A stretch of 47,861 nt of DNA, from assembly GCA_031763465.1 (NCBI GenBank), contig JARFOE010000176.1:2641588-2689448 (forward strand). Direction: 5' to 3'. Origin of the DNA: Squatina squatina. Taxonomy: Eukaryota. The notes below the pieces were generated by a model that was given only the letters and a program-made list of their open reading frames with translations, ran no database searches and was not told the DNA's origin. Position 1 is the first letter of the stretch. Each line of letters begins with the position of its first letter. Shown here piece after piece: positions 11,059 through 23,546 of the stretch. The translations under genes were made by a program, and so were the position numbers.

Positions 11059-12870
11059 AGGAGCACTTCGAGGAAATCCTCAACCAGGACTCGGTCCTCG
11101 ACATGAAAGCCCTTTATTCCATCCCACAGCATCCTACCCGCCACTATCTCAGCATAACCCCTGACCGAAAAGGCCATCCTGCAGCTGAAAAACAACAAGG
11201 CCTCCGGCGTAGACAAAATCCCCGCCGAAATACTAAAATGCGGCGGAGAAGCACTAATGGCACAAATCCATGACCTCATCTCTGTTATCTGGGAGGAGGA
11301 GAGCATGCCAGGGGATCTCAGAGATGCCGTAATCATGACCAGCTTCAAGAAAATAGACAAGTCCGATTGCGGAAACTAAAGAGGGGTTTCCCTGCTGTCT
11401 GCCGCAGGGAAGGTCATCGCAAGAATCCTCCTCAACCATCTCCTCCCAGTGGCTGAAGAGCACCTCCCAGAGTCACAATGTGGATTCCACCCATCAAGAG
11501 GCACAATGGACATGATTTTCAGTGCACTGCAAGTTCAAGAAAAGTACAGAGAGCAGCATCAACCTCTGTACATGGTCTTTTTTGACCTCACAAAGGACTT
11601 CGACTCTGTCAACCGGGAGGGATTATGGAGGGTTCTCCTCAAATTTGGCTGCCTGCAAAAATTTGCTACCATCCTCCGCCTGCTCCATGATGACATGCAA
11701 GCCGTGATCCTCACCAACAGTTCACCCACNNNNNNNNNNNNNNNNNNNNNNNNNNNNNNNNNNNNNNNNNNNNNNNNNNNNNNNNNNNNNNNNNNNNNNN
11801 NNNNNNNNNNNNNNNNNNNNNNNNNNNNNNNNNNNNNNNNNNNNNNNNNNNNNNNNNNNNNNNNNNNNNNNNNNNNNNNNNNNNNNNNNNNNNNNNNNNN
11901 NNNNNNNNNNNNNNNNNNNNNNNNNNNNNNNNNNNNNNNNNNNNNNNNNNNNNNNNNNNNNNNNNNNNNNNNNNNNNNNNNNNNNNNNNNNNNNNNNNNN
12001 NNNNNNNNNNNNNNNNNNNNNNNNNNNNNNNNNNNNNNNNNNNNNNNNNNNNNNNNNNNNNNNNNNNNNNNNNNNNNNNNNNNNNNNNNNNNNNNNNNNN
12101 NNNNNNNNNNNNNNNNNNNNNNNNNNNNNNNNNNNNNNNNNNNNNNNNNNNNNNNNNNNNNNNNAGGAACCTCCTCTCAACAAGGGCAGACATGATGATG
12201 AAATCCAACACCACCTCCAACCTTTGGCTGCCTGAGGAAGAGTATTTGAAGATAAAGACCTCAAACCCAGCACCAAGCTCATGGCAGCAGTGATACCCGC
12301 CCTCCTGTATGTTGGAGACATGGACAATGTACAGTAGACACCTCCGCAAAATCCATTGGCAGGATAGGCGTACCAATGTCAGCATCCTCTCTCAGGCCAA
12401 CAACCCCAGCATTGAGGCACTGGTCATGTTTAATCAGCTGCGATGGGTGGGCCACATCATTCACACGCCTGATACAAGACTCCCGAAACAAGCACTCTAC
12501 TCCGAGCTTCATAACGGCAAGCGATTAGCAGGAGGGCAGAAGAAACACTTCAAGGACGTCCTCAAAGCCTCCCTTTATTAAAAAAAAATGTAGCAGCCCC
12601 ACCGACTCATGGGAATCTCTGGTCCAAGACCGCCCGAACTGGAGGAGAAACATCCGCGAAGGTGCCAACCACTTTGAGCTTCTCCGGCGGGAGCACGTGG
12701 AGGACAAGCGGAAGGACTGCGAAAATCCAAGCATCCCACCCACTCGTCCCATCAAACACCACCTGTGGTCAAGTTTGCGGATCCCATATAGGACTATTTG
12801 GTCACCTCAGAATCCACAACTCCGGAGTGGAAGCAAGTCATCCTCGTCCCTGAGAGACTGCCTAAGAAGA
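11059..12870 (+). mobile_element. RTE-clade (BovB-like) LINE, 5'-truncated, with stops, frameshifts and an internal sized gap
   Basis: KNNKASGVDKIPAE, GN*RGVSLLS, LPESQCGF, FFDLTKDFDSV, QLRWVGH...RLPKQALYSEL, a C-terminal CGQVCGSHIGLFGHLRIH zinc-knuckle-like motif, and a 3' end ...CCTAAGAAGAA. Confidence 0.93.
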
Positions 12871-12874
12871 AATG

Positions 12875-13021
12875 TATCTTTGCTATTTGCCTCAACTACT
12901 CCTTATGGTAGCGAGTTCCACATTTTTATCACTCTCTGGGTAAAGAAGTTTCTCCTGAATTGCCTATTGGATTTATTAGTGACTATCTTCTATTTATGGC
13001 CCCTAGTTCTGGTCTTGCCCA
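12875..13021 (-). mobile_element. CR1 LINE 3' fragment
   Basis: Reverse complement matches the CR1 end at 15025-15170 (NFFTQRV..MWNSLP type). Confidence 0.75.
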
Positions 13022-14174
13022 NNNNNNNNNNNNNNNNNNNNNNNNNNNNNNNNNNNNNNNNNNNNNNNNNNNNNNNNNNNNNNNNNNNNNNNNNNNNNNN
13101 NNNNNNNNNNNNNNNNNNNNNAGCAGTCTAGAGTTAAAGCAATGATGGAAAAGAAATAAGTTGGGTGAAATTATTTAAAATAAATAACAACCCTGTAATT
13201 TAGTTAGTTTAGAAATGTGGTTTATATATTGGTGACCTAATGCAACTGTCCACTTTCAAAAGAATGTGCAGTAGATGGATCTTTCTTGACTTGAACTCTT
13301 AAAGAGTTGGAGTATTCCTTACCAGCTGCTGCTCATTACATTTCATGGTCATGTGTGTGTAATGGAAGGAGAACTGGGTTGGATTCTTACAATAGTGTAG
13401 ATATTGTTAAAAGTTCTTCAGAAGCCATCTTCAGCTATGGAACTGCAGCCACTAATGCTATTCGGGTTGTGAAGGATCTGTCTCAAATTCTCAATTTGGA
13501 AACTGATGTATTTGTTCTTCCAAGGCATTAATCATGCCATATGTGCTGATACTCCTCAATCCAATCTTTCTAATATGGATAGATGAACAGCTTGTATTCA
13601 GATTACTTTATGCTAATCATACCTTATTATTTCCCATAGCATAGAAGAGATGACTTTCATTATAAATGGTATTATTACATTCTGAAAATTAAACTTTGAT
13701 GTGAAGATATTAACATTTGTCCTTTTGTTTTCTCATAAGTTTCAACAAATTGGTTTAAAGAGATAATGAGCTGAACACTGCAGCTGCTGCACAGTGGCAA
13801 TATTAACCAATCACCAATATCGTACCAAGAAACTTGTTAATAAGTTTCAGCATGTTAATATTTTACTGACACAGAACTACTGCTTTCTAAATTATATTTG
13901 AACAGCAAATAGAAGCTAAACCTGGCCAATTAAAATTAATTACTATTACTGTCAATCTAAGTAGATAATGGAAATGTAAGCAGGCTATTTGACATTTAGG
14001 AAACAGAACTGGAGGAGGGCCTGCTAAAATTAACAAGCCTCAAATCAAGTTAGAGAAAAAAACTTTTCTTCCCANNNNNNNNNNNNNNNNNNNNNNNNNN
14101 NNNNNNNNNNNNNNNNNNNNNNNNNNNNNNNNNNNNNNNNNNNNNNNNNNNNNNNNNNNNNNNNNNNNNNNNNN

Positions 14175-14740
14175 TGTCTCTTCCCACTTTGCCATGTATA
14201 TGTTGGCATAGGTTGGGGCAAATTTCTTTCCCACTGCCACGCGTTTGATCTGCAGGTACAATTCATCATTGTATTCAAAGCTACTTTTGTCAGGCTCAGC
14301 TGAAGGAGTTTGATTAAAGCTTCGTCTGCCCACTCTAGGACTGGGTATTTCTGCAGGATCTCCCTGACTGCCTCGATGCCCCGTCTGTCTCTATATTTGT
14401 ATGTGGGTTTTCAATGTCCATGGTGAAAAGTATGTTGTCAGGGGGTCCTGAGAGGGAACTGAGTATTTGGACGATACAGTATGTGTCTTTTATGTACCTG
14501 AGGTATTCTTCTAATAGTGGATTGAGGAAGAAGTCAATGCAATCTGTATCATGCAGTAATCACGGTGAAGTGTGATACGGTGGGCCTTCCCGTAGGTACT
14601 TCTCCGGGTACGGTCCAAGTGTCTGGATGCTTATGCATTTTTGTGAGAGTATAGAACTTTTTCGCCCGGGCCTGTGTATATGTAAGTTATTCACATTGTT
14701 TCTGGTTGTAGAGCCTACACCTTCTGAGCTCCTCTGGACT
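14175..14740 (-). mobile_element. Penelope-like element RT fragment (second family)
   Basis: Minus-strand KFYTLTKMHK...VPTGRPTVS, LFTMDIE and FEYNDELYLQIKRVAVGKKFAPTYANIYM are PLE RT motifs, in shifting frames. Confidence 0.85.
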
Positions 14741-15024
14741 GTAATTTGAAAGTTCAATATCTTTTACTTCTTTTTGATTGAACTTTAATTGAAGTTCAGG
14801 GAAGCTTCCAGCTTCCCTCATGTTCAAATCAATAAATAAGTTATATGAGTACAGGGGACAGATTATATATTATTGTATTAGCTGAAGTGTTGTTATATTA
14901 TTAAATTTGAAATTACTTTCAGCANNNNNNNNNNNNNNNNNNNNNNNNNNNNNNNNNNNNNNNNNNNNNNNNNNNNNNNNNNNNNNNNNNNNNNNNNNNN
15001 NNNNNNNNNNNNNNNNNNNNNNNN

Positions 15025-15292
15025 CAATCAATATAAGATAGTCACCAAGAAATCCAACAGGGAATTCAGAAGAAACTTCCTGACACAGAGTGGTGAGATG
15101 TGGAACTCGCTACCGCAGGGCGTGGTTGAAGTGAATAGTATAGATGCATTTAAGGGGAGGCTAGACAAGCATATGAGGGGTTATGCTAATAGATTTAGGT
15201 GAGGAAAGACGGGAGGAGGCTCGAGTGGAGCATAAATGCCGGTATGGACTGGTTGTGCCGAATGGCCTGTTTCAGTGTTGTATATCTTATAT
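15025..15292 (+). mobile_element. CR1 LINE 3' end
   Basis: REFRRNF..., MWNSLPQGVVEVNSIDAFKGRLDKHM, followed by a CR1 3' UTR containing GCCGAATGGCCTGTTTC. Confidence 0.85.
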
Positions 15293-17353
15293 AATCCTGT
15301 CTAATTTCACCCCACTGACCCCTTTCCACAGTGTGACATTTCCATTTATTTCACCAACTATCATTTTGCCCTTCTTTCACGAGATCACCAACATAGTGTC
15401 AATTAATGCTAAATTCTGCAAAGTTTTGTACTGTTTCAGGGGAGCTTTTGAAGCCACCAAGAACTGGTTTAAGATAACTCATCCTCCTTTTGCATGGGCC
15501 CGTTGAAGTTGGAGGAAAAGAGAGAGAGAGAGAAAGACTGAATTTCATCCCATCACTTTGGGCTGAATTTGAATCCATGTTCTTGAGTTGAAAAGACAAC
15601 ATTAGAGCCTGCAGTTAGCATCCACAATTGCTCTGTTACTAAGTGAATTCCCCAATGTGTAACTGAGCCATACAGATGAGGAAATTCCCAGATTCAATCC
15701 CTACTCTGTGCTGAGTTAGCAGTCGACTCAAAAAGAGAAAAGAAAATGTATTAGTTTTCTGTGGATACATCTTTAATAATTCATATAGGTAATATTTGCC
15801 ACTAATTATAGACTAAACAAAAGCCTCTTCAAATTTCCAATGCAATTAAAAAGAAATCAATTGGAAGGATGGATCATCAAGAGAGATTATTTATTCAATC
15901 TGGTTCAGTCAACCTGCTCTGACCAGATCGATCGACATTAAGTTTAAAAGAGCCCGGAATGTTGAAACCTGTTTAAGTCTGGGCACGAACATAGTTCTCT
16001 CCAATTGTACTGTTCCTCACAGAAATTTCAATCAGGATGGGATCTCAGCATTTTCTTCTTGTGCTGAAATGGTCTGATGCAGGGCTGATGTTAAATGCAG
16101 GACTAATACAGACATATACAGTAAAATTACAAGGAAGCCTTAACACAAAGTACATGGGATCAAATCCAGTCATACTTCTGTATTGCAATCTCTTAGAAAT
16201 GAAAAACTTTGGGCACGTCTAGAAGGAGTGAAATCAAGATCCTTGCACATGGTACCATTATGTTTTCAATAAGTATTCTTTAATTCTTACACACACGAGA
16301 TCAAAATCCTCTTCCAATCATCTTCAGTGGGTTGACCAAAGCGTTGTTTCCATTAGATTTTAATATAATCCACAACTTCATAAATCGGACTTATAAGGCT
16401 GTTACAAATATCCAATATTAATCTATTTCTATTTAGCATTGTCAGAGATATTTCTTCAATGGAGTCAAAGCTCTATTAAGTTGTGATCTTACAGTGGACA
16501 ATAACAAGTAACAAGCTTCAATGAGCATTACATTTTAGGTTTCAGAAGCTTGTTTAAATAGTGAATTTGTCATCTGTCTAAATTCTACCTTCGGTTAAGA
16601 AGGGTATCTGAAGCTTGTCTTGTAGAATCTTTGGCCCTGTCTGTCAAATATATATGTCCTATCATGTTTAATCTTTGCCCCACTTATAACCGTTTCCTAG
16701 TTTAAAGTTTATGAAGTTAATCAATTTCAATCACAAAATAAATTAACTCCAATTTAAATTAAGTCATCAGTAAATAGGCTTCCAATGGTCTCCGACATTA
16801 GAACCAAAAAGAGTAAAGTTCCATTTTTATTTCGTTATCCTGTCATTTTTACTCATGCTTTGAGGATGGAATTCAGCAATGCTGTGAAAATATATGGTTT
16901 CAAATCTCCAGGACTTAACTAACTCCAATTCATTAACCATTCCAATAATTTACAACCAAGCACCTCAGGGACCCGANNNNNNNNNNNNNNNNNNNNNNNN
17001 NNNNNNNNNNNNNNNNNNNNNNNNNNNNNNNNNNNNNNNNNNNNNNNNNNNNNNNNNNNNNNNNNNNNNNNNNNNNGCAACCAAAATGGACGTGGGGGTT
17101 ATTTTGGACAAGGCAGGAAAAATGTCACTAAATGGGTGCTACGTTAATAAGAAATCCCTGTTTGAAAATGTGGATTTATCTAATTGGTGATGATCATGAT
17201 TTAAGTGTGTCTGCAGGTGCTGAAACTGACAACTGCAGGCTTAGAACCCAAGCGCTGATTGGACACAATTTTCCTGGAGCTGTAGATGTAGCCTGCACTC
17301 ACCCACTTCCACTGACAGTGTGGAGTGAGCTGGAGAGTAGCCAATGTGGAAGG

Positions 17354-18000
17354 ATGTCTCAAGGACGTAGAAAAAGGGAGCCCAGGTTCTCGGACACAGC
17401 ACTGGAGGTCCTGGTGCAGGAGGTACAGAGGAAGAGGGATGTCCTCTACCCGCAGTGGGGGAAGGGGGCCACAGAAGCAGCTAATGCGGCAGATGTGGAA
17501 GGTGATTGGCTGGGAGTTGACAGCCAGGAATCCTGGCCCCAGGACATGGCTCCAATGCTGCAAGAAACATAATGACTTGACACGAGTGGTCAAGGTAAGA
17601 TCCCATCTCATAAACACACTTCTCAATAACTGCATCACCACCACCAGCATCACAACCTCAACACACTTCATTCACCATCTAACTATATATATTTGCACAC
17701 CTCACATTATGGCATCCTTCACAGGCACTACTCACACCTCAGACACATCTCACAACTCTTCAACCATGTGAGGCATCACACACACACACAAACACACCTG
17801 TCAATACACTCATTCACAATTACCACCCTTTCTCTTCCAGGAAAAAAATAGAACATAACAGGCGGAAGCAGAGGCTGACTGCGGAGGATAGCCATGCCTG
17901 CAAGACATCACTCCCCTTGAGGAGGCAGTGCTGGCCGTAATCGGGAGGGGAGTGGGAGGCGACATGGCCAGAGGCAGAGCAGGGGGCATATTGCCAAGAG
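17354..18000 (+). pseudogene. Myb/SANT-like DNA-binding gene relic of a PIF/Harbinger transposon (exons 17354-17594 and 17841-18000)
   Basis: MSQGRRKREPRFSDTALEVLVQEV...DVLYP, a frameshift, then W..I...L.A.....RTWLQCCKKHNDL; donor AAG|GTAAGA; acceptor TTTCTCTTCCAG; exon 2 HNRRKQRLT...TPLEEAVLAVIG; donor GAG|GTATGT. Confidence 0.8.
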
Positions 18001-18518
18001 GTATGTGGCCACTCCAGCTTCCGTACAGATGCACAACTCTTTCTGATCCCTAATTCCACAAAGCTATCCTCACTCCGAAGTTCCATATGGTCTCATCAAA
18101 TACACATTCTTCTATAGTGACCACTTGCGCTGCACCCTAAACCTTCCAGCGTTATCAATGCAGGCTCCCAGGAGCAAGATCCAGCTCATCCCCCGGAGCA
18201 AGTGCAAGATGAGCAACAGCCACCTCGCCCAACCTCCCCCCACCACTCCCCAGAGGAAGAGGAGGAGGAGAGCAAGGAAAAATGCTTTATGTTGTAAGTC
18301 GCACACTCTCTGTTCCTGGAGACTACCGTGCGATCGACAGCGGCCCGGACACTCGTACCTTTATGTATATAGGCAGAGAGCCGTCGGCTGTCTGGTGGTT
18401 CGTGTGACAAGGACTTAANNNNNNNNNNNNNNNNNNNNNNNNNNNNNNNNNNNNNNNNNNNNNNNNNNNNNNNNNNNNNNNNNNNNNNNNNNNNNNNNNN
18501 NNNNNNNNNNNNNNNNNN

Positions 18519-18782
18519 CCCTTTAAGTATTGATGTGGGCTGATAGTTGATTGGAAGCAGTTAGGCCAACTGAGGAATTCGAATGGTGAAATAAAGTAAG
18601 ATAATCAGCGCTACGCATGGGCCCTTTAGCGCTGAAATTAGCATGTTTTTTTAAAGCTGTCTGACAATTTTTTTCAAAGTGCAGAATTGCAGGCGTTCAC
18701 AAAAAATTTCAAAGACCTGAACTTTGCACTCCCCAATTCAGCCCTTAGCGCCAGAAACTTAGAAAAGCCAAATTGGGCGCCC
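18519..18782. repeat. Probable terminal part of a DNA-transposon-derived repeat
   Basis: CpG-containing segment ending CCAAATTGGGCGCCC, similar in style to other GC-rich repeat termini in the window. Confidence 0.3.
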
Positions 18783-20309
18783 ATTATTTTTCACTGGCAT
18801 TGGCTCTGTAAGCTCATTTACGCTGTTGGATGCAATATACACTGTGTGCTGACACAGTGCAGGCAGATGACAGTGCTGCAAGATGAAGACTGGGCACCGA
18901 CTATTTAAAGAAACAGATTACTGGTCAGCTGGCACATGGACAGTTCCAAATTGGCTGTTGCCCAAAGATGTTTAGTGTGCACAATTCAGGCCGGGTGCTT
19001 CTGGGGTGGTAGCGGGTGGGAGCCGGTATTTTTCTCACTGACTCCCAAAACCCCCCGCCTGCCACAGAATTTAATATTCCACAGCGGGAGCGAGGTGCAG
19101 TGATGTCGGCCTCACTCCCGGGTGTCCGATTGGGGATGTCGCTGGCTTGGCATCTGCATTACAGCGTGCTGACGTCAGACACAGTGCGCTGATGTAACGT
19201 GTAGCGCTTTGATCTCCCATAAAGGGGAGGGCTGTCGGCCATCCTGACGGCACCCGCGACCAGGCCACCAGCCTGACATGTGCCAGGCAAGGGGATAGTG
19301 GCCCAATCTGGCCATGGGCCGCCATCAATCAGCCAACCGCAGAGTCAGCCGACAAATAAAGATGGCGGCTGCCAGTGCTCAGGCCCTCCCCTTTAAGAGG
19401 CCGGTTGCAGCGACAGGTTAACCTGTTGCTACAACCGACCGGCGCTGCAGCCNNNNNNNNNNNNNNNNNNNNNNNNNNNNNNNNNNNNNNNNNNNNNNNN
19501 NNNNNNNNNNNNNNNNNNNNNNNNNNNNNNNNNNNNNNNNNNNNNNNNNNNNCATTAAAAGGAGTTGACTTGACAATGCTAACAGATGGTGCGATTTTTA
19601 AGAGCGGCTCTTCCAAGCTCTCACACTCTAGGCGACATTGTGACATTGCCACATAAATATATTAGCTGACTTTGTCATATCCTAATGTCGTGCAGGGGAA
19701 CAGCCAGTGTTATGCAGTTAACAAGAACATTGCAGCTCCAAGCAACGGCTCTCACAATATAAAAGCATCTGTTAATAACTAAAATCTGCTTCAGTAGATA
19801 ATGACTGAAAGGAGGTGGGGCCCACAGGTCCCTGATTACAATCTGTGCCTGCTCTCGCTGCATGCTTCCCTTCTTTGTGGAACACTGAAGCCCTGTCTTT
19901 TTTCATGGTTCTCCCTTACTCACTGCTCTGCAAATGTACAACCTCGTCCTTTGATTCTGAAAAAAATAATACGCTACACTTTCCTAAGTGTCATGAGATG
20001 ATTGGGCTTGTAGAAATTGACAGAAGAGGAATGAGATACTAGGATGGAAGAAAGAACCCAGAAAAATTCAATTTCGTTGGCAGTTTCCTGAGTAGTTTTG
20101 CAAATATGCTCAGATCTGATGCTGACACCCCTGTTATCGCCATTAAAATGCAACTTAGTACTGATTGTTTTCCAACTTTTTTCTCATTGCTGTTTTTTGC
20201 TGTCTTACTTCTTCATTCAGCCAGGCTATGAATGCCCCACACTGTCACCAACTGAGATGGTAATGTGGCTGAGGTGGACTGCATTAATGTCTTTTACGAT
20301 CCCATATAA

Positions 20310-20571
20310 GTTTACAACACAGAAGGAGGCCATTCAGCCCATCTTATCCATGCTGGCACTTTGTTAAAGCAATTCTAAACTAATCCCACTGCCTTGCTCT
20401 CTCCCCATAGCCCTGTATCTTCCTCTGCTTCACATATTTATTTGATTTTCCCCTTTAAATAGTACCACTCCCTGCAGCAAAGCATTGTAGGTTAGAAAAA
20501 TTTTATATGTAAAGAATTTTCCCTTAAATGGCAGTTTTAAATTGATGATGCCTTGTCACTGATTCCTCAAC
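20310..20571 (-). mobile_element. CR1 3' end, diverged
   Basis: CACAGAAGGAGGCCATTCAGCCCATC...TAATCCCACT resembles 22100-22180. Confidence 0.7.
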
Positions 20572-20864
20572 NNNNNNNNNNNNNNNNNNNNNNNNNNNNN
20601 NNNNNNNNNNNNNNNNNNNNNNNNNNNNNNNNNNNNNNNNNNNNNNNNNNNNNNNNNNNNNNNNNNNNNNNAGCTCTTTGAGGCAAACTGCCCAGTTCAG
20701 ATTGACATGCAGCAGAGCCCATGTCTACACTGGCACTTGCTGAGTGGTGTGGTTTTGGTTTCACCTTTTTATTTTCTAATGCGTGGCTTTGAAATTTAGC
20801 CAGCAGTCTTTGTGGGTCTAGATAAGTCGAAAGAAATTATATTCTGACTGTGTTCTGACATAAA

Positions 20865-21260
20865 CTGCCTTCCTCAACTTCTCTATCTCCATTTCTGGGG
20901 ATAGGCTGTTGGCCAATATCTACTATAAACCCACTGGCTCCCATGGCTACCTGGACTACACTTCCTCCCAACCCGCTTCCTGTAAGGACTCCATTCCATT
21001 CTCCCAGTTCCTCTGTCTCCGTCGCATCTATTCCGATGATGCCACCTTCCACATCAGTGTTTCCGATCAGTGGTCCCATTTAGCTGTGTGGCTGCACAGG
21101 TGTCTAAATCTCCCTGCGGACCGCTTGTTGGTTTCTCAATGGAAAAACTGCGCAAGCACGGAAGTTTGAATGGGCCGCGCAGCTCCTTATAGGGGATCAA
21201 AAAAATTACAGGGAACATTGCTTCTGACGTCTCTTCCTTTTTCCTCAACCGAGGATTCCC
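20865..21260 (+). mobile_element. Penelope-like RT/thumb fragment interrupted by a MITE
   Basis: ISISGDRLLANIYYKPTGSHGYLDYTS...KDSIPFSQFLCLRRIYSDD, resuming after the insertion with SFFLNRGF. Same family as 2619-3665. Confidence 0.85.
21068..21220. mobile_element. hAT-type MITE (153 bp)
   Basis: TIRs CAGTGGTCCC / GGGAACATTG (8 of 10 complementary), subterminal inverted AGCTGTGTGGC / GCCGCGCAGCT, degenerate 8-bp TSD TTTCCGAT / CTTCTGAC. Confidence 0.7.
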
Positions 21261-22080
21261 NNNNNNNNNNNNNNNNNNNNNNNNNNNNNNNNNNNNNNNN
21301 NNNNNNNNNNNNNNNNNNNNNNNNNNNNNNNNNNNNNNNNNNNNNNNNNNNNNNNNNNNNATTACCCAATTAACTGAAGGGCCCGAGTCTGAGGAGCTGT
21401 AGCCAGTTTGACTCAGTGCATTCAGGTGGGGAGGAGAATCAAAAAGAGATAATGATCTCCATTTTATTGTATTGTTGTTGGTAGCAATATTTCCAACAAT
21501 GAGATCTTGATGCATTAATGTGTCTTCAGCATTACAATGCTCAAACACATCTTATGGTAGTGGGGAGTTACCTGAAAATAGTCTCCTGTGTCTACCATCG
21601 TTTGACAATGAGTTTTATCAACGATTTGTGCTCCTTAAATTTAATTTGAAACCTGAATTTCATGAAACGAATGTCAGAATTATTTTGTCTTAATTGATGC
21701 GACTGTTCAGAATAATCCAGTGCCGGGGATAACTGCTTGTTAATGTATGCAAGTGTCTCTCTTTTATTGCATGGGTGTGAAGATGTGATAATTAAGATTT
21801 GACAAAACAGTTAATAGTGTTGAGATTAAAATGGATAATTAACTCAAGCGAATCAGCATTTAATGTTTGAGCTGTCAGGAACATTTCATAACGTGTTCAA
21901 AATGTTAAGTGAATGCCCTGCTGAGGCAAAGTTTTATAGCACTCATGGTGCATGACTGACCTTCTTTAGTTTGTGCAAAAGACTGTAAAACCTTTCAGAC
22001 GTATGTGGTTAGCACATCTGACTCTTTCATGTTTGCTCCTGCTGTCAGATTGTCATATTAATAAATACTCTGTGTAATTA

Positions 22081-23141
22081 TCATAGAATCATAGCAATTT
22101 ACAGCAGAGACGGAGGCCATTCGGCCCATCGTGTCTGCACTAGCTGACAAAGAGCTATCCAGCCTAATCCCACTTTCCAGCTCTTGGTCAGTAGCCTTGT
22201 AGGTTACTGCACTTCAAATGGGCATCCAAGTACTTTTTAAATGTTATGAGGGTTTCTGCTTCTACCACCCTCTCAGGCAGTGAGTTCCTGATCCCCACCA
22301 CCCTCTGTGTGAAAAGAAATTCGCCTCAAATCACCCCTAAACTTCCTACCAATTACTTTAAATCTATGCCCCCTGGTTATTGACTCCAAGGGGAATAGGA
22401 CCTTCTTATCCACTCTATCTAGATCCCTCATAATTTTATACATCTCAATTAGGTCTCCCCTCAACCTCCTCTGTTCCAAAGAAAACAACCCCAGTCTATC
22501 CAATCTTTCCTCATAACTAAAATTCTCCAGTCTAGGCAACATCCTCGTAAATCACTTCAGTACCCTCTCTAGTACTACTACACCTTTCCTATAGTACAGT
22601 GACCAGAACTGCATGCAGTGCTCCAGCTGTGGCCTAACCAGTGTTTTATACAGTCCCAGCATAACCTCCCTGCTCTTATATTCTATGCCACTGCTAATAA
22701 AGGCAAGTATCCCTTATGCCTTCTTAACTACCATATCCACCTGTCCTGCTACCTTCAGTGATCTGTGGACATGCACTCCAAGGCCCCTCTGCTCCTCTAC
22801 ACTTCTCAGTATACTACCATTTATTGTGTATTCCCTTGCATTGTTAGCCCTCCCCAAACGCACAACCTTACACTTCTCCGGATTGAATTCCATTTGCCAC
22901 TGTTCTGTCCTCCTGACTAGTCCATTGATAGCTTTCTGCAGTCTACAGCTTTCCTCTTCATTGTCAACCACACGGTCAATTTTTGTATCATCTGCAAACT
23001 TCTTAATCATGCCCCCTGCATTGAAGTATAAATCATTGATATATACCACAAAAAGCAAGGAACCTAGTACTGGGCCCTGCGGAACCCCACTGGAAACAGC
23101 CTTCCAGTCTCAAAAACACCCATTGACCATTACCCTTTGCT
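22081..23141 (-). mobile_element. CR1 LINE 3' 1 kb (RT C-terminal half, 3' UTR and tail)
   Basis: FVVYINDL...KFADDTK...WQMEFNPEKCKV and YEERLDRLGLFSLEQRRLRGDLIEMYKIM; TCATAGAATCATAG tail. Confidence 0.95.
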
Positions 23142-23241
23142 NNNNNNNNNNNNNNNNNNNNNNNNNNNNNNNNNNNNNNNNNNNNNNNNNNNNNNNNNNN
23201 NNNNNNNNNNNNNNNNNNNNNNNNNNNNNNNNNNNNNNNNN

Positions 23242-23546
23242 GAAAAGTGCCAGTGCAGAAGCGGCGAATGAAATCCACTACATCCCATCAGTATTGATGG
23301 CAGGTCAGACTCGGGAGAGCCTGCGGAACTCGCGGCTGCAAGGTCACAACTCCAGCGGTTCCATCAGTATCCGGGAAACTCCGATCCTGGATGGATACGA
23401 GTACGACATTGACGATCTTCGTCAACAGCTACAGAGGGAGTGCATGAATGGCGGGGAGGATTTTGGCAGTCAGGTNNNNNNNNNNACACGCACCTTGGAT
23501 TCTCTTCAAGGATGCAATGAAAAAACCTGCTTGGATCTCACTCCAG
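23242..23546 (+). CDS. ASTN1: Astrotactin-1 exon (5' end in gap; equivalent to mammalian exon 3 as recalled)
   Basis: [18 protein letters not shown]...[39 protein letters not shown](V)[18 protein letters not shown] matches the recalled ASTN1 sequence. Phase-1 donor CAG|GTTTGT at 23547. Confidence 0.95.

Noticed and set aside
11449-12385. Long ORFs of 200-248 aa
   Set aside because: Mostly N-derived X residues within the RTE element.
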